Of a DNA stretch of 64,000 nt, positions 25,387 through 39,899 are shown in pieces; position 1 is the first letter of the stretch; each line of letters begins with the position of its first letter. The DNA comes from Macrostomum lignano. Its lineage: Eukaryota. The stretch is from contig NIVC01000708.1 in NCBI GenBank assembly GCA_002269645.1, positions 372,001-436,000 of the forward strand, read 5' to 3'. Below the pieces are notes generated by a model. It saw nothing but the letters and a program-made list of their open reading frames with translations, was not told the DNA's origin and ran no database searches. The position numbers were made by a program, and so were the translations under genes.

Positions 25387-28300
25387 GCTAGCATCTACTC
25401 ATATCTAGGCAGACTAAATATATGACCATGCCACGCAGTTCATTGATGATCCACTGCTTATATAGTACTTAGCCAACAAATCCAGAACAGAGTCTAAAGT
25501 GACGCTATACCTATGTAGCAGGTTTGGAGAATGTAAACAGAGAAGATATACATTATATGTATCTGTTTCAGGGGCCTAGATTTCAATATTACAATAAATG
25601 TATGCAGGAAATCACTGTGAAAAAGTCTGAATGAAGTGTGAACAATTGCTTCAATTATTTAATCTTGTATTGCATTTCTTTGGCTCCCAAAAAGGGGGCG
25701 TAGATTGCTTGTGCTTTACTATAATGATTTTACTAGTATGAAGGGTATTGCAAAAGTTTTTGTACTGTGTTCACCATGTACCTGCCAAAAATTAGCATTT
25801 TAAAATTGTATCCAAGAAATTACTAACATGATTTTGAAGTTTGCAGAGAGGTCTATGGCTTTTGTTTATAGTCCAAGTATATGCATTTAATATTCTATTG
25901 AAAAGCAGTAAAATTGCAAAAATATTGATTCAACAATTGATTCAATTATTAGCTGATTAGCTTATAAATACTATTCATCAAGATATATAAGTACCCAGGA
26001 TGCTTTTTGATATCAATATGAGGATATACCATTTTTCTTGCATTAAAAAGTGCAAACTTCAAAATTGCATTATAAATTTACTACTAAGCTACACTATTTA
26101 TATGTATTAATATAAAGGAAATAGTCTGATATACTTAGCAGCATCAGCCTATATAATACTGGATAAGTTTAAGCTATATAAGGCAATTATTAAAGCTCAT
26201 ATTAATCAGTTATATAAAGATTTAAATGTTAAAGAACAAGTGTTTAAAGGTTTTTATAGACTATTAGGCATTGCTAAATAAGTCTTATTATATATAATAA
26301 ACTTTTCTAAGAAATTAATTATTTATATATTAAATTATAAATGTTGGCTTATTATATATAGGCCTGCATTTTAGCACCGCAGGCACTCATTTTAGCACCA
26401 TAGGCCTGCATTTTAGCACCGCAGGCACTCATTTTGGCACTGCAGGCGCTACGTTTGTTGCCCTGTAGCAAAATGGATTCAAGCAAAGCAGCAAAAAGCA
26501 AAAATAAGCAAGAAGTCTGACATTTTACATTTAAAATGTGGAAGGGCCAGATACCATTACTGCCCCACCATTTTAAAAAGTGAGGATGGGCATGGCCACA
26601 CTGGCCCCCCGTTTTTACGCCTATGTAAATATAACGATATTTATCGCAATTCGCAACTTCGCAAGTATTTTTATTCTTTCACTCCGGTGATCCAGAACGT
26701 CCGAACCAAGAGTCTGCAGACTGCAGGCAATGGCACAGTCCGAGGACGCACCAATGCTATAAATTGCATTATACACTAAACGATGAAACATATGTACTTT
26801 TATAATAGGATAATTCGTTTACGACAAGTCCTTAGACAAGTTAGAGTGAGTGAACTGATTGCTCTGAAAATGCCGAACGAAGGATTCACTTGCTTTCCTA
26901 GAAAGAAGAAAGATTGAAATTGTGTCTTTTGGGCCACGGGATGTCGTAACGTTTATAACAATTATTTAGTCCGATTATTTATCTTTTCAACTCATTGCAG
27001 CTCCAGAGCTGACAGCCAAAGTCAAGTAGGGCATCTTTGCTAGTATATTATTATTATTATTATTATTAAGTATTATTATTAGTTTCAGTTCTCCGCATAT
27101 AACGTACGGTTTGGTTGGGTCAAAGTTAGAAGCGTCAGACTGTATTTTCGAGATCCTAATCCCAATGCATGGTAGTCAGTTTTTTATATTTTGACGCCTT
27201 TAGCTTCTTGGTTTGTTATTGGATTTGGGGCGCTACAAATGTTGAATTCGGGAGTACGACACTAGCAAGCAGAATATTTCCTCATGGGAAGTGAGCCCGG
27301 GAACGTTTGCCCTCAGATATTCGGCTGTCTAATTAAAGTAAAAGCATTAGTCCAAGACAGAATTACTAGATTACTAGTATTTAAAGACTTGGTACTAGAT
27401 AATAAGTCAATGAAAGTGTAAAACAACCGTTAAAGCACATAGTGCGTTCATAGCCAATCTGCAGTTTTTTCAACGGATAGTAGCAGCGATAGTAGCAGCG
27501 TAGTGTATTAGCCGACAGAAATTTCTGAGAGCATAGAAAGATCCTTGCTCACATATTTTGTCTAACATTTGTTACACTAAGCTTCTGTCGTCATTGTTAA
27601 AAGCAAATGCTTTTACTAACGAGAAGTTCCGTTGATTGACTAAATTGACTGCCTAATTGCCTGGAATGGATTAGGGTTTTTTTAACCTGCTACTGCTATA
27701 ATTCATTTTTAGCAGACAAACAAACTTTGATCTATACAAGAATGGACCATTAAAATTTGCTTTCGATTTTAATATAGAGTGGTAAACCAGTTATACGAGT
27801 AATAATGTAATTTGACAGTCAAATGTCTTCGGGCAAACTTCCCGCGTGCTAATGTCGTAGACCGGTTGAATTCTATTAATTTTACAGTCATATATTCCAA
27901 CAATAGAAGGCCTGAAAGTTTTTAAATAATAATCAGTTAAAAGATGTTCGTTTAAATGATAAGCTTACGATACGGAATTATGTAAGATAATGGCTCGGTT
28001 AAAAAGTGTCACGAAGAACAAGCAGTGAATTAAAAATATATATTTTTTGTATAATAATGTGCCCCCATTGGCATTATAATAATAAACAGCGAAGCGAGCA
28101 TACGACAGGTAAAAACGATGCACTATATGTACAGGAGGGGGAGTGCGTAAAAGTTGATATAAGCATTCGCAACATGCAGCAAAGAGATTAAAATGAAGCT
28201 GCAATATACAATGAAATAAACAAATTTACAACACCCAAGGGATAAATAGAAGCGATCGTGCGGCATGCGAAAAATCTGAACCCCAAAGCGGAAAGTTCAA

Positions 28301-28855
28301 TCACATGCGTAAAAACAAAAAAAGAAAATTATAAATAAAAGTGAAGCAATTCAATTGATTAAAAAAAGCCGCGAAATTAGCAATTCCGATTTGAATAAAG
28401 TTAGGCAATTAAAAACCCGCAGCTCTGTACACGGGGGGGGGTGGGTAAGCGGTGCATGCATTGTAAATATACTCGTATAATCGACATTGACAGTACGAAC
28501 TATAATAAATGTGTATAAAAATACATCAATGATGAGTGCGGGTGCACGCGAAATTTAGCAGTAATTACACAGGCTGCCTCCAGGCGAAAAAAGGCGCTAA
28601 AGACTGCGCCAAAAATGATCAATTACGAGTTAAAAAAAGGCTGTTTCAGGCTGATTCCAAAATTATCGTAATTATCGCAATTATCGTAATGATAGGTACT
28701 AATGTAGAGGCTAACAAGAAGTACAGAACAAAATTATGTGCAATAGAAAATTTACGCTAAACAAATGCTATAAGTTTGCCGCAACACGCCGGAATATGCC
28801 ACACACGTCCCAACGATAATTAGACATAAGTAGTTATTGCCGATCCTGATTTTGT

Positions 28856-29203
28856 GGAGGTGGGGTGGGTGTCATTAGGGCCCGAGCCCGATGCTGCGGA
28901 GGTGGGGTGGGTGTCATTAGGTCCTGAGTCCGATGCTGCGGAGGTGGGGTGGGTCATTAGGGCCTGAGCCCGATGCTGCGGAGGTGGGGTGGGTGTCATT
29001 AGGGCCCGAGTCCGATGCTGCGGAGGTGGGTGGGTGTCATTCAGGGCCCGAGCCCGATGCTGCGGAGATGGTGTGGGTGTCATTAGGTCCTGAGTCCGAT
29101 GCTGCGGAGGTGGGGTGGGTCATTAGGGCCTGAGCCCGATGCTGCGGAGGTGGGGTGGGTGTCATTAGGGCCCGAGCCCAATGCTGCGGAGGTGGGGTGG
29201 GTA
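28856..29203. repeat. 42-bp G-rich minisatellite, about 8.5 copies, just 3' of the RAD21 stop
   Basis: Unit GGAGGTGGGGTGGGTGTCATTAGGGCCCGAGCCCGATGCTGC; some units are 40 bp. Confidence 0.95.
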
Positions 29204-29379
29204 ACAATTTACGCTCGTAGGCTCAGAGCCATAAAGATAAGAAGCTCCCCAGTGGGAACGTACATTGTGGTTATAGAAGTTAATTAAACTATTTAAAAGC
29301 AATGTGCAGTTAGTATGCTCATATACGAGTACCATAATAGTATAGAATTTCGAGCCACTGAATCCTAGCAACCGGTGAT

Positions 29380-32231
29380 TCATGCGGAACTGAGCAGAGA
29401 CGCGAAGCGCGCACCTTTTTGCACGTAGATATTCGCATAGGGGCCGTCATTCTGCTGCATCTCAACGCCGCGCACCTTGCACAGAGTGAGCAGAGTGTAG
29501 AATTTGGCGGCTGCCGCCTTTCGCCCATTGCCGATAGTGAGCTCGGACACGGTGCACGGCTCGGCCGCTGACCGGCCTTCCAGACGCAGCTGTAGAACCT
29601 TCAGCATGGCCGCGCCGCGTCGTTCGGTGCGCGCCTCCTCGGTGGCCTCTTCAACATCCTCGCAAGTGATCTGGCGGTCGAGATCCTCTTCGGCAGACAG
29701 GCCGGTGGGGTTGAAGACGCTAGGCGGGCCGCCAACTTGGTCAACAATGTCGGTGTCGCCGTGGTGGAAGGGGAACGGCGTGTGGACGCTGCCGTGCAGC
29801 GGCACGGAGGCCGGGATGAGCGGCTGGTCAGCCGGAGCGGAGGAGGCGATCAGCGGGTCCGTGTTGGTGCTGATGAGGCCGTGGCTAAGCTCCTCGCGGA
29901 TCGGTGTCATGGCGACGCTCTCGTGATGCTGATGATGGTGATGATGCGGCGTCTCGCTAGTGATGAGCTCTTGAAGGTCGCGCATGTCAGCGTCCTCGTC
30001 TTCGGCGGCGGCGGCGGCAGCAGCAGCCGCAGCGTCGGCACCACTGGCGGCCGGGCGGGTGCGCGCGTTCTGAGCAAAGAGGCGCAGTAGGCGGTCGCTG
30101 AGATGGAGGCGGGCCGTGTGCGACAGAAGCCGGTCAACGCTGCCGGTCTCCTTCCACTGCATGAGCTTCTTAGTTGGCGGGGCCAAGTCCAGCACGGTGA
30201 CGATCTCGGACGTGTCCTGCATGTGAGCCTTCATCAGCTCGGACGGGATCGATTTCTGGTCGTCAATAATGAGGCGACGCCGGCGTGCCCGACGAGCGGT
30301 CACGTGGCTGCGCACGCTGGGCTCGGACGGGCCGCTGGCTCCTTGCTGGTGATGCTGACCGGCCTGCTGGTGCTGCTGGTGCTGATGGCTGCCGACAGCC
30401 GACGCAGATGAAATGTCCGGCAGCGGCGGCAGGGCGTACCGGGACTCCTGCTCGCCAACGACGCTACTGGGAGCCGTTGGCTGAGGCTGAGGCTGCAGGT
30501 CGATTTCGGACAGCACGTTTTCGAAGTGCCGCTTAGTGGTCAGATCGTCGAATAGGTCGGTTGGCTCGAAGTCGCCGCCGAAGCCGTCCTCGTCGTCGTC
30601 ATCGTCTCCGGCGGGGCCGGCCAGCAGGCCGATTTCGTCGGCGGCGTTCTCCATGTCCACCAGGGTGCTGTCCTGGTGCTGCTGGTTAGAGTGCCGGCCG
30701 CGGCCGATGCTGCCGATGTCGTCAGCCTGGCCGGTGCTGTTGGCGCCCTGCCAGATTTTTAAGGGCGGTGCGGATTAGCGAATAGAGACATGGATAAGTC
30801 AGGATTATGGGGAACTCCTGGAGACTGATTGCTAAGGCTTATAGCAGAGGCCACGTCTTCTTTCCAGGCGTCAGATGGGGATCAAAGGATAATTATTTTC
30901 AGGGGTAAGAGGGAGGTTCGCAATGGGGCCAGAGGGCAATTTCTAATGAGGTCAGAGGGCGATTTCTAATGAGGTCAGAGGGCGATTTCTAATGAGGTCA
31001 GAAGGCGGTTCCTAATTGGGTCAGAGGACGGTTCCTAATTGGGTCAGAGGGCGGTTCCTAATGGGGTCAGAGGACGGTTCCTAATTTGGTCAGAGGGCGG
31101 TTCCTAATGGGGTCAGAGGGCGATTCCTAATGGGATCAGAGGGCGGTTCCTAATGGGATCAGAGGACAGTTTCTAATGGGATCAGATGACAGTTTCTAAT
31201 GGGATCAGAGGACAGTTTCTAATGGGATCAGAGGACTGTTCCTAATGGGGCAGAGGGCGGTTCCTAATGGGATCAGAGGACTGTTCCTAATGGGGCAGAG
31301 GGCGATTCCTAATGGGGCAGAGGGTGATTCCTAATGGAGTCAGAGGGTGATTCCTAATGGGGTCAGAGGGCGGTTCCTAATGAGGTCAGAGGGGGGTTCC
31401 TAATGGGGTCAGAGGGCGGTTCCTGATGAGGTCAGAGGGCGGTTCCTAATGAGGTCAGAGGGCGGTTCCTAATAGGATCAGAGGACGGTTCCTAATGTGG
31501 CAGAGGGTGATTCCTAATGGAGTCAGAGGACGGTTCCTAATGGGGTCAGAGGGCGGGGGTTCATGCTATAGAAGATAGGAGTAATGAAGAAGCCAATCGG
31601 CGATAATGAGGCAGAACTGTCAAACTGAGTGCCAAAACAGTTACTAATTAGTGCTCTGGCCCCATCATAGCTACAAATAAAGTACCTGAGAGTACAGGCT
31701 CTCTGCGCCGGCGTCTCGCATAGTTTCCAGGGCCGCCTCGCCGAAATCGTCGTCAGGCCGGCCCAGATTGATCTCGGCCTCGCCGGCGTCCAGCTCCTTC
31801 ATGGTGATGTCCTCGGGCCGGCTGGTGTGCACCACCGGCACGCTGAGCTGGTCGGCAATGTGGGTCAGATCCTCGGACTCGAAGTCCTGCAGATTGTCTG
31901 GCAGGGTGATGGCGGCGGCGGCAGCCTCTCGACTCTTCTCTGGCAGGTCGACGGCGCCCGGCCGGAAGGCCATCTTGATCTTGACGTAGGCCTCGTTACA
32001 GTCGGCCAGGAGGTACTTGGCCTTGCGATTGTAGATTTTCACAACGCCAAGCAGCAGATGGCCGGATGTGCGCAGAGCCATTTTCACCTTGGGCTCGAGG
32101 ATGGCCTCAACGCTAGACGAGATGTTAGTCTCAAACACGTGAGCCTTGGTGAGCTTTTTGTCCCAGTGGGCGGCCAGCCAGATTTTGGCCAGCGGGCCCT
32201 TCTTAGTCAGCACGAAATGCGCGTAGAACAT
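29380..32231 (-). CDS. RAD21: Cohesin kleisin subunit RAD21/SCC1, about 637 aa
   Basis: Exons 32231-31686 and 30747-29380 (phase 0). The N-terminus [36 protein letters not shown] is canonical. Also present: an ExxR separase-type site (ETMR), the central [14 protein letters not shown] and [10 protein letters not shown] motifs, and a C-terminal winged helix [13 protein letters not shown]...[12 protein letters not shown]. Confidence 0.97.
30921..31558. repeat. 23-bp minisatellite in the RAD21 intron, about 27 copies
   Basis: Unit AATGGGGTCAGAGGGCGGTTCCT with variants. Confidence 0.95.
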
Positions 32232-35171
32232 GGCGGCGCCGACTCAATGAAGCTGCAAGTGGGCCATTTTTAAAGGCGTTTCAGAGCTGCCATTAGTGAT
32301 GAAACAATTAATAAATGAAAGAAATAATCAAGTTCCTAAGCTAGTTTTTTGCTAGAACCATGGTTACAGTATTGCAAGCACACTCCTAAGTGTCAGCGCA
32401 ATTAATAATGAATGAGCAGTCTGGGGTCCAACTTCAGGGTATCAAAATTAAAGTTAACGAGTCATGGCAAAAACTAGCAGAAAAACCTATTATTAGCTAA
32501 ACATAGGATAGGGATGCCCCTAGTGCTGATGTGCAGCTTTAATCTACCCAGGTGCTGCCTGGAAAAATCTAGCTCTCAAAATAGTTCATAATTAGCCCAA
32601 AACATGTCATCTACATGTAGCATGTATTATTAATGACATTATTGATATACATTTTACAAGATAATAATATATATATGCAAATTAGTAATGTTTTAGTAAA
32701 TTAAAGAAATACTTAAAATTCAAAAGGCACTTTTTTCCTAAAAAGTTTTGACTGATACAATGGAAAGTGGCAACACAATGGTTGGCTATGGTCAACTTCT
32801 TGTGTGTAAAAAGGGAATGTGTGAACTGGAAAATGTGACCAAGGGATAAAGGCTCATTAGATTGATTACCTTGTTGGGTTAAATAATAATCTTAGAGAAA
32901 AAATGCTATTTTTACAAAAAGAAATATTTATCATCACTGTTATATGAAAGTTTTTATTATAATTATTCCATATAGAACTTTAAAGAGAATATTTAGGGAA
33001 ATTTTCTGCCATAGCCTTGTTGACCATATGCAGTGGGGATTGCCCAAAGATGTTATTACCTATGCCACTCTCAATGCCACAAATGTGATTATCATGCTGG
33101 CCTTTGGCAATGTCATTTACCAGGTTGGGATAAAAACACAATGGCAGAATCTAGCAAGGAGCTTATAATTGGCTAGCAGCTTTGACCATCTGCGGGACCC
33201 CTAGACCTAGCTTTGCTGCAGGTCTACATTGCATCAAGATTAATGGTAGTGGTAGGATTACTTTATGACAATCTATAAGGTAGCTTGAATTTGAGTTTAA
33301 CAAATCTGTATTTATATAGGAACATAACATTTTACCTATCAAAGGTCATGCTAATAGGCAATAGCTAGACTAGCTAGCTTAAGCTAGAGGTTGCCAGAAA
33401 GATTACTAGCCTGAAGTTGGTTTCATTGTCCAAGCTAGCTAATCTCATGCTATATATATGTTATGACCAACCCTGGAAACCAATTTGTTGCCACTATCAA
33501 TGAGGTTGCAATTTACTAGTCATTTTATTATTACCCTAGGTTTATAACCTAGTAGGAAAGGAGACCTATGCCTTTTTTATATTGCTTTACAATACAGTGT
33601 TATAGGTATAAGGATGCATATATAGCTTTTGCATATATAGCTTATGTTTCCATAGGGTACTACTATTTTTACCCTCAGTCTAAGGCAATGTAGTATACTA
33701 TTAGTAAGGTAGTTAATAAGTTAGTTTACAAATTAGGTAGTAAGTTAGAACAAAGGAAAAACACCAGTAAACTTCATATCTCATATTTTATACTCTAAAT
33801 CTAATACACTGATATGCCATTGTATTGGCAATGCCATTCAGAATCAGACCAGCAAGAGACAAGCACTGAGATGTTGATCTTGACAATAATAACAATGTTG
33901 AGCCACAAGCAATGAATGAAGCAAGTACCATTACAAAGAAAACTTTTAAAGAAAAAGTCTTCTCAATAACTTTCTAGAAAAAATAAACCTTTCATTTTTA
34001 ATAAGACATTGAGGCCAAGATCAAGGAGCTAGCAGCTTCCCTACATTGCTCTTTTGTTATCCAGATCAGGTGGTGAATATACCCATGCCTTGTTGACTAC
34101 TGTCTGGATGCTAAGCATGATGTAGGTCTTCTGTCAGTCTTATTAGGCACACATAGGTTGGATGTGGCATAGTTTGAGCAAGAGGCCCTAAATCTGACAT
34201 AAACAGCTGCTAAGCAAAAGCATCTATAAACTTGATCTAATTATGTCAAGTAAGCTTGTCTAGGGCTTTGTCAAGACTCAAAGTTTAAACACCAAGTGAA
34301 TAGAATTTCTTTGGGAAGGAGAGGGATAAATTCTTTATAGTCTTATTGTTAAAAGTCAATTCACTAAATAAGCTAAGGTGCTAACTACTTTCACATACCC
34401 AAAACTAAATATCTTAGAAACTTCAAAGTCTAAAAACTTTATATCTATTATATTTTGGGATTGTAAAAGCAGTTTCTTTCCATATAAATATAAAGGTATA
34501 TTAGACACTTTTTTGGAGATATAAAAGCTATTTATTTGTTGTGCCAATTATGTGACTCTTTCTTAGCCCCATTGTTTGTTATAACATTTAAAAAACAACA
34601 CAAATGTAACCATTTCTAGGTGCTTCTTTTGAGCAAAGGGTGCCAAACCTGGCTGCAACTGCCTATCATTAGCTGCATTGTGCATATTTTGATTGCAATA
34701 CCATAATATCTTGCTAACCTGACACTATGGGTTACAGGCACCATATATCTAGCATCAATTTCATAGCAACAATAGACAAGACAACACTTTACTAGTTGTT
34801 CTATATGGAACCTGCCATTTAATAGCATGCTTTCTTAATTAGATAATTAAATTTAATTGTATGGATTATTTTAGAGGCTGAATATACATTAGTTAAAAAG
34901 TCTATCAATGCTTGACCAGTGCTCTTAGAAAGTATTAACAATCAGAAATAAACTTCTAATGAGATTAGAAAGAATATCATCTCTATCACAGCAGCAGGAA
35001 ATCAATTCCATAGGGACAAAAATTCTAGTGATGGACATGGATGGCTTTATATAAAATTGTTTTTGAAGTTTGTATGAAGTTTGTATGACTATGAAATGTC
35101 TATAAAATTAAAAAAATATCCTTTATAAACTGCTATTTGTACTGTTTTTAGAGCTGCTTTATTATATACTA

Positions 35172-37796
35172 CAAGCTATTGAAACCCGTGGATTTTGAAC
35201 CCAAGGAACTCCAATTCCCAGAAATATTTGTGCATGTGCTCTAAGATCTGAGGCCATACTCAAACAAAAACTTTTTAATAGTAGGATAGAGGTAAACAAA
35301 ATGGAGTACATTTGTGTAAAATAAGGATTTGAGGCAAACATTGATATTGTTGGCTGGGGTGCTTTTTACTTTAAATAGGCAATTGTCTGTCTGACTCTAA
35401 AACATGTATTGGCAAACTCTGGCCTCTGCCTCTGACTCTCCCTATGTCCCTTGGATCCTTTGAAACTTCTATCTTCTCTTCTGTTTCCTCTTCTCTCTTG
35501 TCCCTTGTCTCTCCTCTCTGCTCTCTCTCCTCTCCTCTTTTCTCTCTTTCCTCTCTCTCCTTTCTCTTGTATCTTCCCTCATTTCTCTTCTTTTTCATCT
35601 CTCTTATCTCATCTCTTTTCTCTTCTTTTCTCTTTCCTCTCCTCCTACTCTTCTCTTATCTTTTCCTTCACCTCTCTTCTTTTGTCTTTATTTGCTCTCT
35701 GATCTCTCTTTTCTCTTCTTTCTCTTCTCTTTTATCTCTTTTCATTTCTCTCTGCTTCCCCCCCTCTCTCTCTGCTTCCCCCCCCTTTTTCTCTGCTTCA
35801 CCCTCTCTCTTATCTCTCCTCTCCCATCTTTCTTCTCCTCTCTACTCTCTCCCCTCCATTCTCCTCTTTTCTCTCCTCTTGCCTCACTCACTTCTCTTTC
35901 CCCTTGTCTCTCCTCTTGTCTTTGTAATCTCTTTTCTCTCCTCTGTTCTCTCAACTCTCCCATCTCTTGTCTATTCATTTTTGTCTCTGCTCTCAGCTCA
36001 TCCCCTTCTTTTATCCGTCATCTTAACTGTCTTATATGTTCTTTCATTCTGTCATCTGTACTCTTTTCTTTCAACTCTTTTGTCTCCTCACTTTCCTTTC
36101 TCCTTTCTTCTCTTCTCCTCTCTTCCCTTATCTATATACTCTTTCCCTCTCTTGTCTCGTCTCTTCTCTCTCCACTCTCCTTTATCTCTCATCTCTCATT
36201 TCTCATCTCTCCTTACACCTCTCTCATATGTACAACCTTATCTATTCTCTCTTCCATTTACTCTCTCATCTCTCCTTTCTCTTCTTTACTAATTCCTCTC
36301 TGCTCTCCCCTCATCTGCAGCTCTCTGCTCTCTCTTCTCTCTCTTCTCCACTTGCTACTCTACCCTCTCCTCTCTACTTGCTCCTCTACTCTCTCCTCTC
36401 TACTTGCTCCTCTCTACTCTCTCCTCGACTCTCTTCTTTACTCGCTCCTCTACTCTCTCCTCTCTACTCTCTCCTATCATTATCCTCACTCTTTTATCTC
36501 TCCTATTATCCTTTATCTTTTCTCTTATTCCCTTTCTCACCTTTCCTCTCTTTTCGAATAGTCTATTCCTTATTCTCTCCACTCCGAACTGCCCCTCAGC
36601 CATGAGCTGGATTCTTTATCTGGCCTTTGAGGTAAAAGTCTGTCTTTTCCTGCTTGGAAATCCAGTTTGTAGGATGTAGTACTCTCATGGCTATTCTCAT
36701 GATTTGATCATGTTATCTTTCTTGCCAATTTGCAAGCCCTGAAAAGAATTTGTGTATCTTCAACTCAACTGCAGTCTGCATTAGTCTAACAACCAAGGAA
36801 ATATGCATTTCTTAGGAGGCCATTTAAATTTTAAAGTACCTTTAGGAGAAACCTTGAATTTCCATAGTGACTAATTTAATAGGGTTGTATATTGTATTGC
36901 TTTGCATTGTTTTTTCATAAACCTTTTGCTTTTACAAAGGATGCTAGATTGTCTTGTTTGCCAATTGCCATCCACCATTAAACTGCTGCAGAATTTGCCT
37001 ATACAAAGGACAGTGGTTAGAATTTCTCACTAAACTGTTATTCATGGCTAAACGTAGCCTCTTTACTCTCAGGGTGCAAAGAAGGCTTTAAAAAAGTTAT
37101 TCTAAAACACTGTACATTGCCATGTACATTCAGCCTTATCGCCTGACCCTTGGTCTGGCTCTGGGGGAATGAGTGAGTTGAGTGGCACAAACCACAGAAA
37201 AAGCAGACAAAATTCACTTGCTTATAGTTTCTGTTCTAATTTGTTACAGAGTTAAAACTTTATATTTTGATAGAGAATGAGTAAATAAAGAACTGTGTCA
37301 AGTTTAAAGTCAATTGCTTCATGTGGAGCAAACTTATGGCAGCAGAAAGTTAGTCAATTTTGAAACCCCTTTTACATATCTGGGCCCAGATCGGGAAAGA
37401 GAGGCAGGCAGGGAGTTTGGGGTGGCTGCCTTGCTGAAAAAAACAGCCTAACTTTAAAAGTGCACAGCACCATTTAGGATTAACTTTGAGACTCAAAATG
37501 ATTGTGCCAAAATAGTTGAAGATTGTCTGTGTCAAATTTGAAGAGAATTGGTAGAAATGGAGTGGCACTATGGAGGATTTAATGAAAAAATTGTGCATTT
37601 TGAGCAGTTTTTTATACTATTAGGTAGAAAGACTTGAGTCTAGGAAATTTAAAGGTAGCCTAAGACATTCTCTGTAGTAAGTTTAGGGTAGGTGTAAAGT
37701 TCGGTGTAATTTGGTTTAGCAGTTTGGGAGTCCATAGCAATCAAAATTGTATATACACAGACACATAGACAGATTTTTGATTTTTATATATAGAGA
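35172..37796 (-). mobile_element. Non-autonomous Helitron-like element, copy 1, with internal CT-rich microsatellite
   Basis: Collinear with 55714-58824 and shares both termini. The minus-strand 5' end is A|TCTCTATATATAAAAATCAAAAATCTGTCT... and the 3' end is ...GCTTG|T. Inserted between A and T with no TSD. The 3' end is CTTG rather than canonical CTRR. Confidence 0.7.
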
Positions 37797-39899
37797 TAAG
37801 GCACAATTGCTAACAAGCCTTAGGTTCTAAATGATTTATTTAGTTTTTATAATAGTATAGTACATTCATAACACTTTAGCTATTTTAAAAGGGACTGACT
37901 ACATGCTAATATAAATGCTAATCCTAAATTATTGAATTTCTTATTATTCTCAAAAAGGATTTTTCTAAAACGTTTTAAAGGATATAAATGAAAAACAAAT
38001 GGATAAAAAGGCAAGATCTTTTGCCAGTAGTATAATATGTGTATATACCAATAGCAGTTCTACTAATCCTATATTTATAAAATAAAAACTTTGCACAATA
38101 AGCTCATTATAAATAGAGCTTTGCTACATTTTGGAGAAAAAAAATTTTTTTGCTTACTTGCAATTTTATTATATCCTCAAATATATGATTCTCATAAACT
38201 TTTATTATTATTATTTTATCCTTTTTAGTAAATTCTCTATCTAATGAAGATAAAAGAATATGGAAAAAGGTGATTTTATAGATTCTATTATTCAAGTCAA
38301 TTCTAAAATGAAATAAAAAATATATAACATATCAAGAGTCTGTCATATCTTAAATATGTTAAGAATAAATCAAAAAAAAATTATTCTAAATATTTGAGGT
38401 AAGAAATATTATGTCAAATAAGGCTAAAACCTTGTTTATAGTTGTATTATATAATAAAAAGATGATATATGCTAGCAAAAACTAGCAAAAGCAATGGATA
38501 AATAGTTGTATTTACCAGACAATTCTTATATATTATAAGTACTAGGCCTAATTGTTTGTTTTACATTGTTTAATTATTTGATATTGTTATAAATAAATTG
38601 TTTAAAATATATACATCTAATGTGTATATAAATAGTTTAATAAGTTTAATATGGAAAATTTCATATTGACTCCCATATTAAATTTCATATTGAAATGTGC
38701 AATGTATATTAATGTGGAACTTAATATAGTTTTATCTTGTAGAACCAAAGTTATAACATGTATACTATAGAAGTGGTTAATAGTTTCTAGGAATGTAATA
38801 GTTTGAATCTGTGCTATTAATTTGTTTTACTCTACAAAATATTCTATATATTCTGTATATTCTTAATATTTGATATTTGTTAAAAATACACACATTTGGA
38901 CAATATAAATAGGAGCAGGCTAAGAGAGAGAAGAGACAACTTGTGCACTTGTATAACTTGTAAGTTCACTTGTTTGAAAGCTATAACTTATAACTTATAG
39001 TATAAGCTTAAACCTTGTTTAAATACTTATTCTCAGATCATAGCTTATTTTATTCTAAGAAGTATTGAGTGTTAGAATTAGAAATCAGGGATTCATATAA
39101 AGAGAGTACTAAGAATAATTGCTATGACCCTATAATCTTGGTAATGCCCAGACTGGAGAAAGAAAGTACATATACCAGTAAGACCACTCAGGCCACATAC
39201 TAAGAACATATACTAAGAATGCTATCAGAATGCTACCAAGAATGCTAGGCCTACCTAGAAATATATAAGATTCTAAGAAATGGTTAGAAACATTAAATCA
39301 AGATTTATTGTTAGCAGTAAAAGTTTAATAGAGGGAAATTAAAGCCTTGTTACAACTTTGGTAGGATAATTGGAGGACAGAAGTAAGCCCTACGACAACT
39401 TTGGTGGCTAATTAGTAAGATATTAATAGAGAAGCTCACCCCTAGCACAATACTAATAATGCAAAATTAAAAAAAATAATTATCATTCTAGAATATGCTT
39501 ACTATGGTCTACTTAGACTAGCATTTGATTGCTTTAGATTATAAAAAATCTAAATAAATAGGCCTAATTAATTAGAAAATTGCAATATTAGGCCTACCTA
39601 TTTTAGTATGATCTAAGTAGGCCTAACTAAAAAACATTTACATAAATAGCTTATACCATGCACCTAGCTATAGTATAGAAAGATAGATATACAACTGAAA
39701 TTTCTATTGTATACTGAGACTGAGACTAGCTATTGTACATATTATTAATACATCATTCATTTTTGCAAGGGCCCTTTGTTGTAGGCCTAAGCTAATATTT
39801 ATGACAATACAGTATGAGAAAAAATAAAATAACATACTTAACAAAAGCTATTTTACTAGGCTTATTAACAATATCAATCTAAGTAAAAATCTAACCAAG

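Noticed and set aside
26362-26626. Short 40-bp repeat and a TACGCCTATG MITE-like end
   Set aside because: Only one degenerate terminus and no TSD; too decayed to delimit.
35444-36679. Ser/Leu-rich hydrophobic ORFs (also 55870-56675)
   Set aside because: Translations of the CT-rich tract inside the Helitron-like element.
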